This document shows positions 1 through 10,331 of a stretch of DNA of 64,000 nucleotides, piece after piece. Position 1 is the stretch's first letter; every line of letters begins with the position of its first letter. The translations under genes were made by a program, and so were the position numbers. The stretch is from positions 256,001 through 320,000 of the forward strand of contig CBDBEV010000001.1 in assembly GCA_965204535.1 (NCBI GenBank). Reading direction: 5' to 3'. The notes beneath the pieces are model-generated. The model did no database searches. It saw only the letters and a program-made list of their open reading frames with translations, and was not told the DNA's origin. Origin of the DNA: a bacterium. GTDB taxonomy: Bacteria > UBA8248.

Positions 1-563
1 GCCACTTCTTCGACCTGGGGCAGATTGGCCCGCAAATTGGCGAGCATGTCCCACGTGCCGGCCAAAAAGGCGGCCTTGCGCGTCTCCTGGATGTCGATGG
101 GAATCACGCGGTCGCCGTAGCCGACCGTCGCATTCCGGATGTCCACGGTGAAGCGCGTCTCCGGCTCTTCCTGCGCCTGTTTGATCAGCTCATTCACGTC
201 AACCGCCGACGCCACGCCGAGCGGCACACCGATGGCGAAACAGTTTCCCGCAAAAATCTCGGCGAACGATACCCCGACGAGAACGTCGACCCCGAAGCGC
301 TTGAGCGCTTGGGGGGCGTGCTCTCGCGAGGAGCCCGAACCGAAGTTCTTGCCCACGAACATCATGTTCGCCCCCTTGTGGGCGGGGTTGTCGACGGGAT
401 GATCGGGCGTGTTCTCGCGCTCATCGCAAAAAAGTGCTTTTTCGATGCCCTCGAAGGTGATCGACTTGAGAAAACGCGCCGGCGTGATCCTGTCGGTATC
501 GATGTCGTCGCGCGGCATGGGAATGGCCTTGCCCACGATTTTTTCGATTCTTTTCGTGCTCAT
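1..563 (-). CDS. leuD: 3-isopropylmalate dehydratase small subunit (3' end runs off window)
   Basis: Manual translation from ATG at 563: [33 protein letters not shown]...[11 protein letters not shown] motif; overlaps the leuC stop. Confidence 0.93.
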   Translation of the reverse strand, partial: MSTKRIEKIVGKAIPMPRDDIDTDRITPARFLKSITFEGIEKALFCDERENTPDHPVDNPAHKGANMMFVGKNFGSGSSREHAPQALKRFGVDVLVGVSFAEIFAGNCFAIGVPLGVASAVDVNELIKQAQEEPETRFTVDIRNATVGYGDRVIPIDIQETRKAAFLAGTWDMLANLRANLPQVEEV

Positions 564-1972
564 GCTTGTTCTCCCATCTCTCTGGGGTCCGCGATGCAGC
601 CCGCAATCGCCGAAGAGACGACGACGGCCGGACTGCCCAGGTGGGTTCTTCCGCGCGGGCTGCCCTGCCGCCCGATGAAATTGCGGTTCGAGGTCGAAAT
701 GCTTCTCTCCGCACCCACGAGCTTGTCCGGGTTCATGCCCAGACACATCGAGCACCCCGCTTCGCGCCACTCCGCGCCCGCTTCGTTGAAAATTTCGTGC
801 AGGCCCTCTTCCTCGGCCTGCTGCTTCACCTGCTGGGAGCCGGGAACCACCAGCATCCTGACGCCGGGGTGCACCTTGTTGCCCTTCAGCAACCGCGCGC
901 CCTCGCGCAAGTCGGAGATTCTCGAGTTCGTGCACGAACCCAGGAAGGCGACATCGACCTTCGTGCCCAGAATCGACTCGCCCGGCCTTAAGTCCATGAA
1001 ATCATAGCCGTGTTCCGCCGTCTTCCTGTCCTCGCCCGCGAAGCTGCCCACCTCGGGGAGCGGCTGTGAAATCCCGACCGAGTGCCCCGGATTGATGCCC
1101 CAGGTGACCATCGGCTCGATAGATTCGCCCGCAATCTCGTGGACGTCGTCGTATTCCGCGTCATCGCCCGAGGCGGTCTCCCGCCAGTACGCCACGCCCC
1201 TCTCCCAGGCTTCCCCCTCGGGGCTGAACTCGCGGCCTTCCAGATAATCGAACGTCGTCTCGTCCGGGTTCACGTAGCCGATGCGGGCGCCGCCCTCGAT
1301 GCTCATGTTGCAGACCGTCATGCGTCCTTCCATCGTCATGTTGTCGAAAACGTCGCCGCCGTATTCATAGGCGAATCCCAGTCCGCCCTTGATGCCCAGA
1401 TCGTGGATGACGCGCAAGGTCACGTCCTTGGGCGTCACGCCGGGGCCGAGAGCGCCCGTGACCTCGATTCGCTTCACCTTCAGACGGTTCAGCGCCAGGG
1501 TCTGCGTCGCGAGGACGTGGCCCACCTCGGTCGTACCGATGCCGAAGCCTAGAGAACCCATCGCGCCGTGCGTGCTCGTGTGGCTGTCGCCGCAGGCGAT
1601 GGTCATGCCGGGCTGGCTGAGCCCCAACTCCGGCCCGATGACGTGGACGATGCCCTGCTTGCCGGAACCCAAATGCAGAAAGCGGACGCCGAACTCGTTC
1701 ACGTTCTGCTCCAGGGCGGCCATCATTTTCTCGGCCTGCTCGTCCTCGTAGGGCCTTATCTGGCTGAGCGTGGGGATGATGTGGTCCACGGTCCCCATCG
1801 TGCGGTCGGGGAAAGCGACGCCGGACCCGATTTCCTTGAGCATCCCGAACGCCTGGGGCGTGGTGACCTCATGGATGAGATGCAGGCCGATGAATATCTG
1901 GTCCTGGCCCGAATCCAGCTTGGCCACGGTGTGGGAATCCCAAACCTTATCGTAGAGCGTGTTTTTCGACAT
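560..1972 (-). CDS. leuC: 3-isopropylmalate dehydratase large subunit
   Basis: [51 protein letters not shown] aconitase-family motifs. Confidence 0.97.
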   Translation of the reverse strand: MSKNTLYDKVWDSHTVAKLDSGQDQIFIGLHLIHEVTTPQAFGMLKEIGSGVAFPDRTMGTVDHIIPTLSQIRPYEDEQAEKMMAALEQNVNEFGVRFLHLGSGKQGIVHVIGPELGLSQPGMTIACGDSHTSTHGAMGSLGFGIGTTEVGHVLATQTLALNRLKVKRIEVTGALGPGVTPKDVTLRVIHDLGIKGGLGFAYEYGGDVFDNMTMEGRMTVCNMSIEGGARIGYVNPDETTFDYLEGREFSPEGEAWERGVAYWRETASGDDAEYDDVHEIAGESIEPMVTWGINPGHSVGISQPLPEVGSFAGEDRKTAEHGYDFMDLRPGESILGTKVDVAFLGSCTNSRISDLREGARLLKGNKVHPGVRMLVVPGSQQVKQQAEEEGLHEIFNEAGAEWREAGCSMCLGMNPDKLVGAERSISTSNRNFIGRQGSPRGRTHLGSPAVVVSSAIAGCIADPREMGEQA

Positions 1973-2027
1973 GGCATTACCCTCGAAATAATCTACAGAT
2001 TCTTACGCATCATGTTGAAATTGAATG

Positions 2028-2846
2028 TCAAGAAACCGTCTTCGAGCGATCGAGACCTTCCCGCAAAGAGGCGATGTAATCGCAAGCCGCGCGCATCTTT
2101 TCCTCACGCGACGCTTCCGCCTCCATGACGTCTATCAGGGCGCTGCCCACGATGACCCCATCGGCGTGTCCGGCCACCTCCGCGGCCTGCTCGGGCGTCT
2201 TAATGCCGAACCCCACGAGAACGGGCCGGTTCTTCACACGGTTGATCCTCGCCAGGGTGGCGCCTAAATCCGAATCCAGGGCGTCGCGCGCGCCGGTGAC
2301 ACCCATCTGCCCGACGTAGTAGATGAAACCGCCACCCACGTCGTTCACCAACTCGACGCGCTCCTGCGTGCTCGTGGGCGCGAGCATGAAGACGGGCTCC
2401 AGCGGATAATCGTTCATGATCCCGACAAGAGCACCCGCTTCTTCAGGCGGCAGGTCGGGCACGATGACGGCGTCGGCCCCCACCTGCGATGCGCCGCGCA
2501 CGAATTCCGCCAGACCCACGGCGATGATGGGGTTGTAATACGTCATCAGAACCAAAGGCGTATCGGGTATATCCGCGCGGACCTCACCGACCATTTCCAG
2601 GACGCCGCTCAGGCGGGTTCCGCCCGTGAGCGAGCGCATGCTCGATCGCTGGATGGTGGGGCCGTCCGCCAGGGGATCGCTGAAGGGAACCCCGATTTCG
2701 AAGCCATCCGCTCCCGCCTCCGTCATGAGAGGCAACAGTTCACGGGTGAAGCCCAGGTCCGGGTCGCCCGCGGTGACAAACGGGAAAAGACCGGCCCGGC
2801 CCTCTGCGCGCAAACGGTCGAAACACGCTTCCAGTCTATGGCTCAT
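2028..2846 (-). CDS. trpA: Tryptophan synthase alpha chain
   Basis: EIGVPFSDPLADGPTIQ, LMTYYNP, GVTG, VGFGI, ADGVIVGSA. Confidence 0.97.
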   Translation of the reverse strand: MSHRLEACFDRLRAEGRAGLFPFVTAGDPDLGFTRELLPLMTEAGADGFEIGVPFSDPLADGPTIQRSSMRSLTGGTRLSGVLEMVGEVRADIPDTPLVLMTYYNPIIAVGLAEFVRGASQVGADAVIVPDLPPEEAGALVGIMNDYPLEPVFMLAPTSTQERVELVNDVGGGFIYYVGQMGVTGARDALDSDLGATLARINRVKNRPVLVGFGIKTPEQAAEVAGHADGVIVGSALIDVMEAEASREEKMRAACDYIASLREGLDRSKTVS

Positions 2847-4063
2847 CAGCGCACGTCCTCGTCATCGAGCATTTCCGTCAAAAGGCCCTCCGCCTGATGC
2901 ACGTCCTTGTCCCCCCGGCCGGAGAGGCAAAGCACCACGGTCTTCATCCCGCCCGCTTCTCTCGTCTCTTCGGCCAGGCGATCCAGATAGGAAATCGCGT
3001 GGGCGCTCTCGAACGCGGGAATGATGCCCTCCAGCACGGAGAGCTTCTGAAACGCCTTGAGCGCGTCGTGGTCTTCGACCGTCACGTAGCGCGCGCGCCC
3101 GGAATCCTTCAGATGCGAATGCTCGGGCCCCACGCCGGGATAATCGAGACCCGCAGACACCGAATGGGCCGGGATGATCTGGCCATCATCGTCATAGAGC
3201 AAAAACGTCTCGCAGCCGTGCAGAACACCCACGCGGCCAGCGGTCAGGGACGCACCGTGCTCCTCGGTGTCCAGGCCCCGGCCCCCGGCTTCCACGCCGA
3301 TGAGTTCGACGTCTTCATCATCCACGAAAGGGTGGAACAGGCCGATGGAATTGCTGCCGCCCCCCACGCAGGCCACACAGGCGTCGGGGAGCCGGCCTTC
3401 GGCCTCGAGAATCTGCGCGCGCGCCTCGCGCCCGATGACGGACTGGAAATCGCGTATCATCTCCGGAAACGGATGCGGCCCCACGACCGAGCCGATGATG
3501 TAGTGGGTCGTCCGCACCGAAGCCGTCCAGTCGCGAAGCGTCTCGTTGGTGGCGTCCTTTAAGGTCTTGCTGCCCGAGGTGACCGGAATCACCCGCGCAC
3601 CCAGAAGGCGCATGCGGAACACGTTGAGTGATTGCCTGCCGATGTCCTCCTCGCCCATATAGACGTCGCAATCCAGTCCGAACAACGCCGCCGCCGTGGC
3701 GGTGGCCACCCCGTGCTGGCCCGCTCCCGTCTCCGCGATGATGCGCGTCTTTCCCAACCTCCTGGCCAGAAGAACCTGGGCGAGCGTGTTGTTTATCTTG
3801 TGAGCGCCCGTGTGGCAGAGGTCCTCACGCTTGAGATAGACCCTGAGCACGCCCAGATCATCAGAAAGTCGCTCGGCCAGATAGAGCGGCGTGGGCCTGC
3901 CCACGAACTCTCTGAGATACGCGGCGAGTTCTTCGTGGTACGCCGGGTCGTCCCGGGCCTCCTCGTAGGCAACTTCCAGTTCCTCGAGAGCGGGCATGAG
4001 GGTTTCCGGGACGTAACGCCCCCCGAATCGACCGAACCTTCCCCTGGATACCAATTCGCTCAT
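2846..4063 (-). CDS. trpB: Tryptophan synthase beta chain
   Basis: [15 protein letters not shown] (PLP lysine), [29 protein letters not shown]. Confidence 0.98.
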   Translation of the reverse strand: MSELVSRGRFGRFGGRYVPETLMPALEELEVAYEEARDDPAYHEELAAYLREFVGRPTPLYLAERLSDDLGVLRVYLKREDLCHTGAHKINNTLAQVLLARRLGKTRIIAETGAGQHGVATATAAALFGLDCDVYMGEEDIGRQSLNVFRMRLLGARVIPVTSGSKTLKDATNETLRDWTASVRTTHYIIGSVVGPHPFPEMIRDFQSVIGREARAQILEAEGRLPDACVACVGGGSNSIGLFHPFVDDEDVELIGVEAGGRGLDTEEHGASLTAGRVGVLHGCETFLLYDDDGQIIPAHSVSAGLDYPGVGPEHSHLKDSGRARYVTVEDHDALKAFQKLSVLEGIIPAFESAHAISYLDRLAEETREAGGMKTVVLCLSGRGDKDVHQAEGLLTEMLDDEDVR

Positions 4064-4710
4064 CTTCTCATTTCCTCAAATTCGGATATCGCCGCGCGCG
4101 CGTTTTGAATGAAACTTAAGGTCCGCCCGGGGTCTTTTCGGCCCAGAACGGCGCCCTCTACTCCGCTGCTCGAATCCACGCCGTAGGGCTGGACACTCCT
4201 CACGGCTTCGCCCACATTTTCGGGCTTGAGGCCCCCCGAGAGGATGATGGGCCTCGCGTCGGCCGCCTGCCGGGCCAATTCCCAATCGAAAGTCTCGCCC
4301 GTGCCCCCGAGCGCGCCCTTCACGTAGGCGTCCAGCAATATAGCGCAACCGGGAAAAGCGTCTATCTGCGCTATCGTTTCGGGCCCCTTGACCCGCAAGG
4401 CCCGAATGACGCGCAAGCCCCGTTCAATCAACCAACAACAATCTTCCGGCGTCTCATCGCCATGAAGCTGCGCCGCATCCAAACCGACGCGACGCGCAAT
4501 TTCCATCACGCGCTCGGGAGAATCGTTCACGAAAACGCCGACCCGCGTTCCGAATGGCGGGAGCGCCTCGCTGATCTCCCGCGCCTGCTCCATCTCCAGG
4601 CACCTGGGAGTGCCCGGAACGAAATTCAGCCCCAGGGCGTCGGCGCCTGCTTCTAACGCGAATTCCGCGTCCTCGACCGTCGTCACTCCACAAATCTTCA
4701 CGCGGATCAT
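4060..4710 (-). CDS. trpF: Phosphoribosylanthranilate isomerase
   Basis: [33 protein letters not shown]; directly upstream of trpB. Confidence 0.96.
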   Translation of the reverse strand: MIRVKICGVTTVEDAEFALEAGADALGLNFVPGTPRCLEMEQAREISEALPPFGTRVGVFVNDSPERVMEIARRVGLDAAQLHGDETPEDCCWLIERGLRVIRALRVKGPETIAQIDAFPGCAILLDAYVKGALGGTGETFDWELARQAADARPIILSGGLKPENVGEAVRSVQPYGVDSSSGVEGAVLGRKDPGRTLSFIQNARAAISEFEEMRR

Positions 4711-4778
4711 GTCGCGAAACCCTCCCGAGCGGAGCAAGCATTTATAGCATAGAGTCGAAGCGCAAGCCTAGCGCAAAG

Positions 4779-5155
4779 GGGGTTGTTGAAAAAGCCCTCG
4801 TGACGAACAGAGAATTGGTTTCTCCATCGACATAAGCTTCTGAATTGCTCCCCTCTTTTAGTGTCATTGCCAGCTGATTAGAGAGGAAGAACCACTCCCC
4901 CCTTGAGGGGGAGTCGAAGAGCTGAGGGCGTAAGCCCGAAAGCGATTCGGTGGGGGGTATAATCCGGAATGGCGATAAAACGCATTTTACCCCCCACCGA
5001 TTCAGCCTTCGCAAAAACCGCTCGGCTTCATCGACTCCCCCTCAAGGGGGGAGTGATTCTCTTCTCTCGTCGGTTGGCAATGAGTACAAAGGAGAATTCC
5101 GTAGCCGCGGCGGCGGTGGTCAATCTCGACCGAGGATGACTTTTTCAACAACCCC
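4779..5155. mobile_element. MITE-like non-coding element with 16-bp terminal inverted repeats enclosing a nested palindrome
   Basis: GGGGTTGTTGAAAAAG (4779-4794) is the exact reverse complement of 5140-5155; no transposase; no clear target-site duplication. Confidence 0.55.
4893..5055. repeat. REP-like inverted repeat pair (25-bp outer arms, 13-bp inner arms)
   Basis: CACTCCCCCCTTGAGGGGGAGTCGA (4893-4917) pairs perfectly with 5031-5055; TCGGTGGGGGGTA (4947-4959) pairs with 4988-5000. Confidence 0.85.
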
Positions 5156-5269
5156 GAAGGATGCCGTTTGGGCGATACGGGTAACAAAGTGGAGAGATTT
5201 CACCGGACAGAGAGGCCGGAGAGCGTTTTAGACTTTGAGAGGATACGACTGCCGGGGGATGAGAGGGCG

Positions 5270-5983
5270 TTAGCCGCCGCCCAGGTACATCATCTTGACT
5301 TCCTGGTTGTTCAGGAGTTCGTGTCCGCCGCCCTCATAGCGGTTCCTGCCGAGTTCGAGCACGTAGCCCCGGTCTGAAATCTCCAGGGCGCGCGCGGCGT
5401 TCTGCTCGACGAGCATGATGGTCAGCCCTTCCTTGGCGAGGCTCACGATTTTCTCGAACACTTCCGTTACGAAACGAGGACTCAAGCCCAAGGAAGGCTC
5501 ATCGAGCATGATCATCTTGGGCCTCGTCATCAGAGCGCGGCCCATGGCCAGCATCTGCTGCTCGCCGCCGCTCATCGTGCCCCCCAACTGCTTTTGCCGT
5601 TCGCCGAGGCGCGGGAAGAGCGTGAAGACGTAATCCATCGCCTCGTCGATTTTCTTTTGATCGCGCTCAATGTAGGCGCCCATCTCAAGGTTTTCCTTGA
5701 CCGTCATCTGGTTGAAGACGATGCGGCCCTGCGGCACGTAGCCCAGCCCCCGGCCAAGAATCTGGTCGGGGCGAAAGCCCACGATGTTCTGGCTATCAAA
5801 CTCGATCTCGCCGCCGAGGTAGTTGATGAAGCCCATGATGATCTTGAAGGTCGTGGATTTTCCCGCGCCGTTCGGCCCGATGACGGCCACCACCTCGTCC
5901 TTGTTCACGTGGAGCGACACGTCGTGGAGTATCTGGATTCTGCCGTACCCCGCATTGATGTCCTTGAGTTCTAATAGCGCCAT
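5270..5983 (-). CDS. livF: Branched-chain amino acid-type ABC transporter ATPase (LivF-like)
   Basis: GPNGAGKST, MSGGEQQMLAMGRALM, LDEPSLGLSP, LVEQN. Confidence 0.92.
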   Translation of the reverse strand: MALLELKDINAGYGRIQILHDVSLHVNKDEVVAVIGPNGAGKSTTFKIIMGFINYLGGEIEFDSQNIVGFRPDQILGRGLGYVPQGRIVFNQMTVKENLEMGAYIERDQKKIDEAMDYVFTLFPRLGERQKQLGGTMSGGEQQMLAMGRALMTRPKMIMLDEPSLGLSPRFVTEVFEKIVSLAKEGLTIMLVEQNAARALEISDRGYVLELGRNRYEGGGHELLNNQEVKMMYLGGG

Positions 5984-6709
5984 TTATCTGTGTCCAAAAT
6001 ATGCTTCGATAACGTCTTCGTTCGTCTGGATATCTTCGGGCAGACCCTCGGCGATTTTCACGCCGTAGTCGAGCACGAACACCTTTTCGCAGTGGTTCAT
6101 GATGACGTTCATGTCGTGCTCGACGATGAGAATCGTCTTCCCCTGGTCTTCCTGTAGATGGTGAATGTGTTCCAGCAGGTTGTTGAGCAGGGTTCTGTTG
6201 ACGCCGGCGGCCGGCTCATCGAGGAGGATGAGATCGGGGTCCGTCATCAGGGCGCGCGCGAATTCGAGGAGCTTCTGCTGTCCGTAGGAGAGGTTCCCGC
6301 CATATTCGCCGCGAAGTTTCGTGAGCGTGACGAACTCCATCAACTGCTCCGCCCGCGCGCGCGCCTCGCGCACGGGCATCTTCATGCTCGAAGCGGAGAG
6401 CATGTTCTCGAACACCGTCATCTCGCGGTAGATACGGGTAATCTGGAAGGTGCGGCTGATACCCCTGTTGAAGACTTCATAGGGCCTCAAGCCGACGATA
6501 TTCTCCCCGTTATAAAACACCTCGCCGCTGTCCGCCTCGAGAACGCCCGTGAGCAGGTTGAACGTGGTGGTCTTGCCGGATCCGTTCGGTCCGATCAGGC
6601 CCGATATCTGGCCCTTGGGCACCTGGAAGGTGCATCCGTCCACCGCCTTGATGCCCCCGAAGTACTTCTTCAGGTTCTGAATGTCGAGGGCGATTTCCGC
6701 ATCTGCCAT
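5984..6709 (-). CDS. livG: Branched-chain amino acid-type ABC transporter ATPase (LivG-like)
   Basis: GPNGSGKTT, RTFQ, LSYGQQKLLE, LDEPAAG, VEHDM. Confidence 0.92.
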   Translation of the reverse strand: MADAEIALDIQNLKKYFGGIKAVDGCTFQVPKGQISGLIGPNGSGKTTTFNLLTGVLEADSGEVFYNGENIVGLRPYEVFNRGISRTFQITRIYREMTVFENMLSASSMKMPVREARARAEQLMEFVTLTKLRGEYGGNLSYGQQKLLEFARALMTDPDLILLDEPAAGVNRTLLNNLLEHIHHLQEDQGKTILIVEHDMNVIMNHCEKVFVLDYGVKIAEGLPEDIQTNEDVIEAYFGHR

Positions 6710-6730
6710 TTTCTTGCGCTACTCCGTTTC

Positions 6731-7669
6731 TTAGTGAACCATTCCCTTGCGCGCCCAGCCCTTGTCGATGGCGTATCCCATCAATCCGCGCGGCATGAAA
6801 CGGGCCACGAGGACGATGAAGATGCCGAAGGCGATGAGGTGAGCCGTGGGGAATTTCACCCAGGTAATTTCCTGAACGATATACAAGACGAACGTGCCCA
6901 GAATGGGGCCAATCACCGTTCCCTTGCCGCCGAACATGGCGAAGAGCTTCATATAGATGGTGACAAGGATGAAGAACTCGGTTTCGGGGTCTATGTAGAG
7001 AACCTTGTACGCCTGAATGCCGCCGGCCGCCGCCGGGAAAATGGCGGAAAGGGCGAAGGCGGAAAGCTTGTAGAACGTGGTGTTGATGCCCAGGCTCTCG
7101 GCTGCAATTTCGTCCTCGCGTATGGCGTTCAGGCGGATCCCGAACCTCGAATGCCCCACCCAGTAGGACACCACAATGGTGACCAGCATGACCACCAGCA
7201 TGGCGAAATACGTTTCAAAGGAGTTTTCGATGTTGGGCAGACCGATTCCCTCGCCGCCGTGGGTGAGGTCCTCCCACACCGTGGCCACCACGCGCGTGCC
7301 TTCTGCCGCGCCGAGCATGGCGATGGCGAAATACGGGCCTTTGAGACGCAAAACCGGAAACCCGATTATCAACGAGACCACAAAGGAGACGAACACGCCT
7401 ACGAAAAGGGTCGGTATCCAGTGCCAGCCGTAGTCCACGACCAGAATGGCCGTGGCGTAGGCGCCGATGCCATAGAACATCACGTGGCCGAACGACACAT
7501 AACCCGTATAGCCGCTGATGATGTTCCAACTCAAGGAGAGAACGACGTACATCATCGTGAACATAATCACCGAGCGCTGATACAGATTGATATTCGAGGG
7601 CAACGCGCACAGTACGATTATGAGTATGGCCAGCATTCCGAAATTGCGGAGGTGTTCATTTTGGGCCAT
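6731..7669 (-). CDS. livM: Branched-chain amino acid-type ABC permease (LivM-like)
   Basis: SWNIISGYTGYVSFGH, LRLKGPYFAI, AIREDEIAAESLGIN. Confidence 0.9.
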   Translation of the reverse strand: MAQNEHLRNFGMLAILIIVLCALPSNINLYQRSVIMFTMMYVVLSLSWNIISGYTGYVSFGHVMFYGIGAYATAILVVDYGWHWIPTLFVGVFVSFVVSLIIGFPVLRLKGPYFAIAMLGAAEGTRVVATVWEDLTHGGEGIGLPNIENSFETYFAMLVVMLVTIVVSYWVGHSRFGIRLNAIREDEIAAESLGINTTFYKLSAFALSAIFPAAAGGIQAYKVLYIDPETEFFILVTIYMKLFAMFGGKGTVIGPILGTFVLYIVQEITWVKFPTAHLIAFGIFIVLVARFMPRGLMGYAIDKGWARKGMVH

Positions 7670-7680
7670 TCAGATCTCTC

Positions 7681-8670
7681 CTAGTTTTCTTTCGGCCCCA
7701 TCAGACCGCGGGGCCTGATAAGCAGCACGAAAACCATCATCCCGTAGGACGCAATTTCCACCATGGCGGTGCCGTTGGGGATCATGAAGGATATGAGGCT
7801 CTCGATGACCGCGAGCATCACCCCTCCGATGAGCGCACCGATATAGTGGCCCCTGCCTCCGAGCACGATGATGGCGAAGGCTTGCAACGTATACAAGACA
7901 CCCGTTTCCGGGTTGAAGCCGAACTGAATCGACACCAGTGCGCCGCCCGCCACCGCAAGCGCCGCGGCCAGCCCCGAGGTAATCATATAGATATGGAAGA
8001 TGTTGATGCCGCAGACCATGGCGACGTCCGCATTTTGCGCCGTCGCGCGTATCGCCTTGCCGATGCGATGTATTTTGAGAAAAACGAATACGCTGATGGA
8101 GATAAAGGCGGCCATCGCGAAGCTGATGATCTTGCTTCTGCTCACCGCGATGGTCTCGGTGAGTTGGAACGCGTCGGGCGCGTAGGGGATGGTGCGGTAA
8201 TCCGTGGTGAAGATGGCTTCCACGATATGGATGATCGTGAGGCCCATACCGAAAGTTATCAGCAAGGGCGTCAGTTCCGGCCCACCCACCACGGCGTTCA
8301 GCAGCAGCTTCTGGATAAGGAGCCCGATGACAAAAGCGATAGGGAGCGTGAGGAACAGGGCGAGGAGCGGGTCGATTCCCACATAGAAGAAGAACATCCA
8401 GGTCAGGTAGGCGCCCAGCATCACCAACTCGCCGTGCGCCACGTTGATGATGCGCATGACGCCGAAGATGAGCGTGAGGCCCACGGCGAACATGGCGTAA
8501 ACGCCGCCCTGCATGATGCCGTTCAGGATGACGGTGGTCAGGTCCGCCAGCCACTGAAGATCAAAAAAGACGTTATCCGTATAAATACCGACGGCGAAGG
8601 GAACCGTGTACGCCGCTACCAAAAACAACGCCAGCCAGTATTTGCTACGGATTTCCGCTCTTTCCTGCAT
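7681..8670 (-). CDS. livH: Branched-chain amino acid-type ABC permease (LivH-like); start uncertain
   Basis: AVGLTLIFGVMRIINVAHGE, GKAIRATAQN, FAIIVLGG. Confidence 0.9.
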   Translation of the reverse strand: MQERAEIRSKYWLALFLVAAYTVPFAVGIYTDNVFFDLQWLADLTTVILNGIMQGGVYAMFAVGLTLIFGVMRIINVAHGELVMLGAYLTWMFFFYVGIDPLLALFLTLPIAFVIGLLIQKLLLNAVVGGPELTPLLITFGMGLTIIHIVEAIFTTDYRTIPYAPDAFQLTETIAVSRSKIISFAMAAFISISVFVFLKIHRIGKAIRATAQNADVAMVCGINIFHIYMITSGLAAALAVAGGALVSIQFGFNPETGVLYTLQAFAIIVLGGRGHYIGALIGGVMLAVIESLISFMIPNGTAMVEIASYGMMVFVLLIRPRGLMGPKEN

Positions 8671-8720
8671 GAGAAAATATATCCTCGGTATACGAAACAA
8701 AAAATCCGGATACTTTCGTC

Positions 8721-8757
8721 TTCGCGCCGGGGCCGCTTTTAACAGCCCCGGCGCGAA
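8721..8757. promoter_or_regulatory. 13-bp GC-rich stem-loop between the binding-protein gene and the permease (probable mRNA stabiliser or partial terminator)
   Basis: TTCGCGCCGGGGC ... GCCCCGGCGCGAA; no U-tract on the coding strand. Confidence 0.6.
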
Positions 8758-8797
8758 AGTTCAAGTGTTTATTGCATTTTCGCGTTTCATGCAACCC

Positions 8798-9994
8798 CTA
8801 GTTCTTGCCTCTTTCCTTCCATTGGGGCATCGGCAGCTTGTAGGGGACTTCCGAAATCTTCTTGGGCCACACGATCTTGCGCTGGCCGTCGAGAATCTGG
8901 AAGGTCAATCCTTCATGCTGGTTCAGGTTGGTGTCGTCCACCTTCCAGGGACCGATGACGGTCATGGTCTTCATGGTGCGCAGCGCTTTCCACACCTTGA
9001 CCCGATCCGCGGAACCGGCTTTCGCCACCGCATCGCCGAAAATCTGCAGGGCCGCATAGGACTGGCCTGCGTGGTAGTTCGGCTTCACGCCGTAGCGCTT
9101 CTCGTACGCCGCGATGAACTCCTTCATGCCGGGCCGCTTGAGGATGGCCGGCTTGGGCTCCCACTGGCTGAAGCCGAGAACGTATTCCGCCGTGTCGCCG
9201 AGCTGCTTGGCGAACTTGGGCAGACCCGGGCCGACGGTTCCGGCGAAAATCTTGAGGTTGATATTCAGTTCGCGAAGCTGGCGAATCTGCGCCGCGGCGT
9301 CCGCGAAGTAACTGTTGGAAATCAGGGCTTCCGCCCGGCGCGCCTTGATTTTCTGAAGCAGCGCGGTGAAGTCGGTCTGCTTGCGGGGATAGTTCTCGTT
9401 CAACACCACTTTGATGCCGAGCTTTTTCGCCCAATCCACGGCGCCTTCCGCCGACTGGCGCGGGAAGAGACTGTCCTCGCCGACGATGGCGATGCGTTTC
9501 ACGCCGATTTCCTTGGCGAGGTGAATCGCGCCCTTCTGATAGTCCTGGGCGACGGCGATGATGTTGAACAGATACTTGCGGCCCTTCTTCCAGATGATGC
9601 CCGAGGAGGCGCCCGGCGCCATCGTGGGGTACTTGTACCTTTCCAGCACGTTGGCCACGGCGTCGGTGATGCCGCTCGAGTAGGGGCCGATGGTCAGGTT
9701 GACCTTGTCCTGCGTGATCAGCTTCTCATACAGCTTGATGCTCGTCTGCTTGTCCGATTTGTCGTCCAGGATGGTGAAGTCGATTTTCTTGCCGTTCCAT
9801 CCTTTGCCGGCGTTCACCTGATCAACATACAGCTTGTAGGAGTTCACCATACGGCCGGCGGGCTCAGCGTAGCGGCCCGTCTGTGAAATGGCGATCCCCA
9901 GGGTGACCTTGTCCATCGCGTGGCTTTTCTCCACGAAGGGAGCAGCCGTGAGAGCGAGAACAAAGCCGAGAACCAAAACAAGGCATTTCTTCAT
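8798..9994 (-). CDS. ABC transporter substrate-binding protein, Liv/periplasmic-binding type 1 (paralog 1)
   Basis: Signal peptide MKKCLVLVLG..., SQTGRYA, LDDKSD, GPYSS, TDFTALLQKIK; AAGGAG RBS before ATG at 9994. Confidence 0.92.
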   Translation of the reverse strand: MKKCLVLVLGFVLALTAAPFVEKSHAMDKVTLGIAISQTGRYAEPAGRMVNSYKLYVDQVNAGKGWNGKKIDFTILDDKSDKQTSIKLYEKLITQDKVNLTIGPYSSGITDAVANVLERYKYPTMAPGASSGIIWKKGRKYLFNIIAVAQDYQKGAIHLAKEIGVKRIAIVGEDSLFPRQSAEGAVDWAKKLGIKVVLNENYPRKQTDFTALLQKIKARRAEALISNSYFADAAAQIRQLRELNINLKIFAGTVGPGLPKFAKQLGDTAEYVLGFSQWEPKPAILKRPGMKEFIAAYEKRYGVKPNYHAGQSYAALQIFGDAVAKAGSADRVKVWKALRTMKTMTVIGPWKVDDTNLNQHEGLTFQILDGQRKIVWPKKISEVPYKLPMPQWKERGKN

Positions 9995-10166
9995 TTCTTT
10001 ACACTCCTTTGATGGAAACAAAAACAAACTGCCTTACAACAGAAAACAAGATGAAATTGCTGCTCGTAAAATAACGGCGACATGCGGTAATTCAGACTAT
10101 TCCTTCGCGAGAAAATTCTACTTCTCGAAGTTCCGGATACGCATTTAAGCCATCAATAGGTGCGAT

Positions 10167-10194
10167 ATGATACGCATATTGTTTCATATGTCAA
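10167..10194 (-). promoter_or_regulatory. Sigma70-type promoter for paralog 1 and the permease operon, overlapped by an ATATG-N5-CATAT palindrome
   Basis: Minus strand TTGACA-N16-TATCAT in an AT-rich gap. Confidence 0.55.
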
Positions 10195-10247
10195 AGGGTG
10201 TTTTACAAAGAATTTGCGAACAACCCTCAAATAGTTTTTGCTCCTGC

Positions 10248-10287
10248 GAAAATCCCGCCCCACGCGAAACCGGGCGCGGGGCGGGAT
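10248..10287 (-). terminator. Rho-independent terminator after paralog 2
   Basis: ATCCCGCCCC...GGGGCGGGAT stem followed by TTT on the minus strand. Confidence 0.65.
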
Positions 10288-10331
10288 CATGCGATTACGC
10301 AGGAAAACCGGTTCTTATCCCTTAAGCCGCC

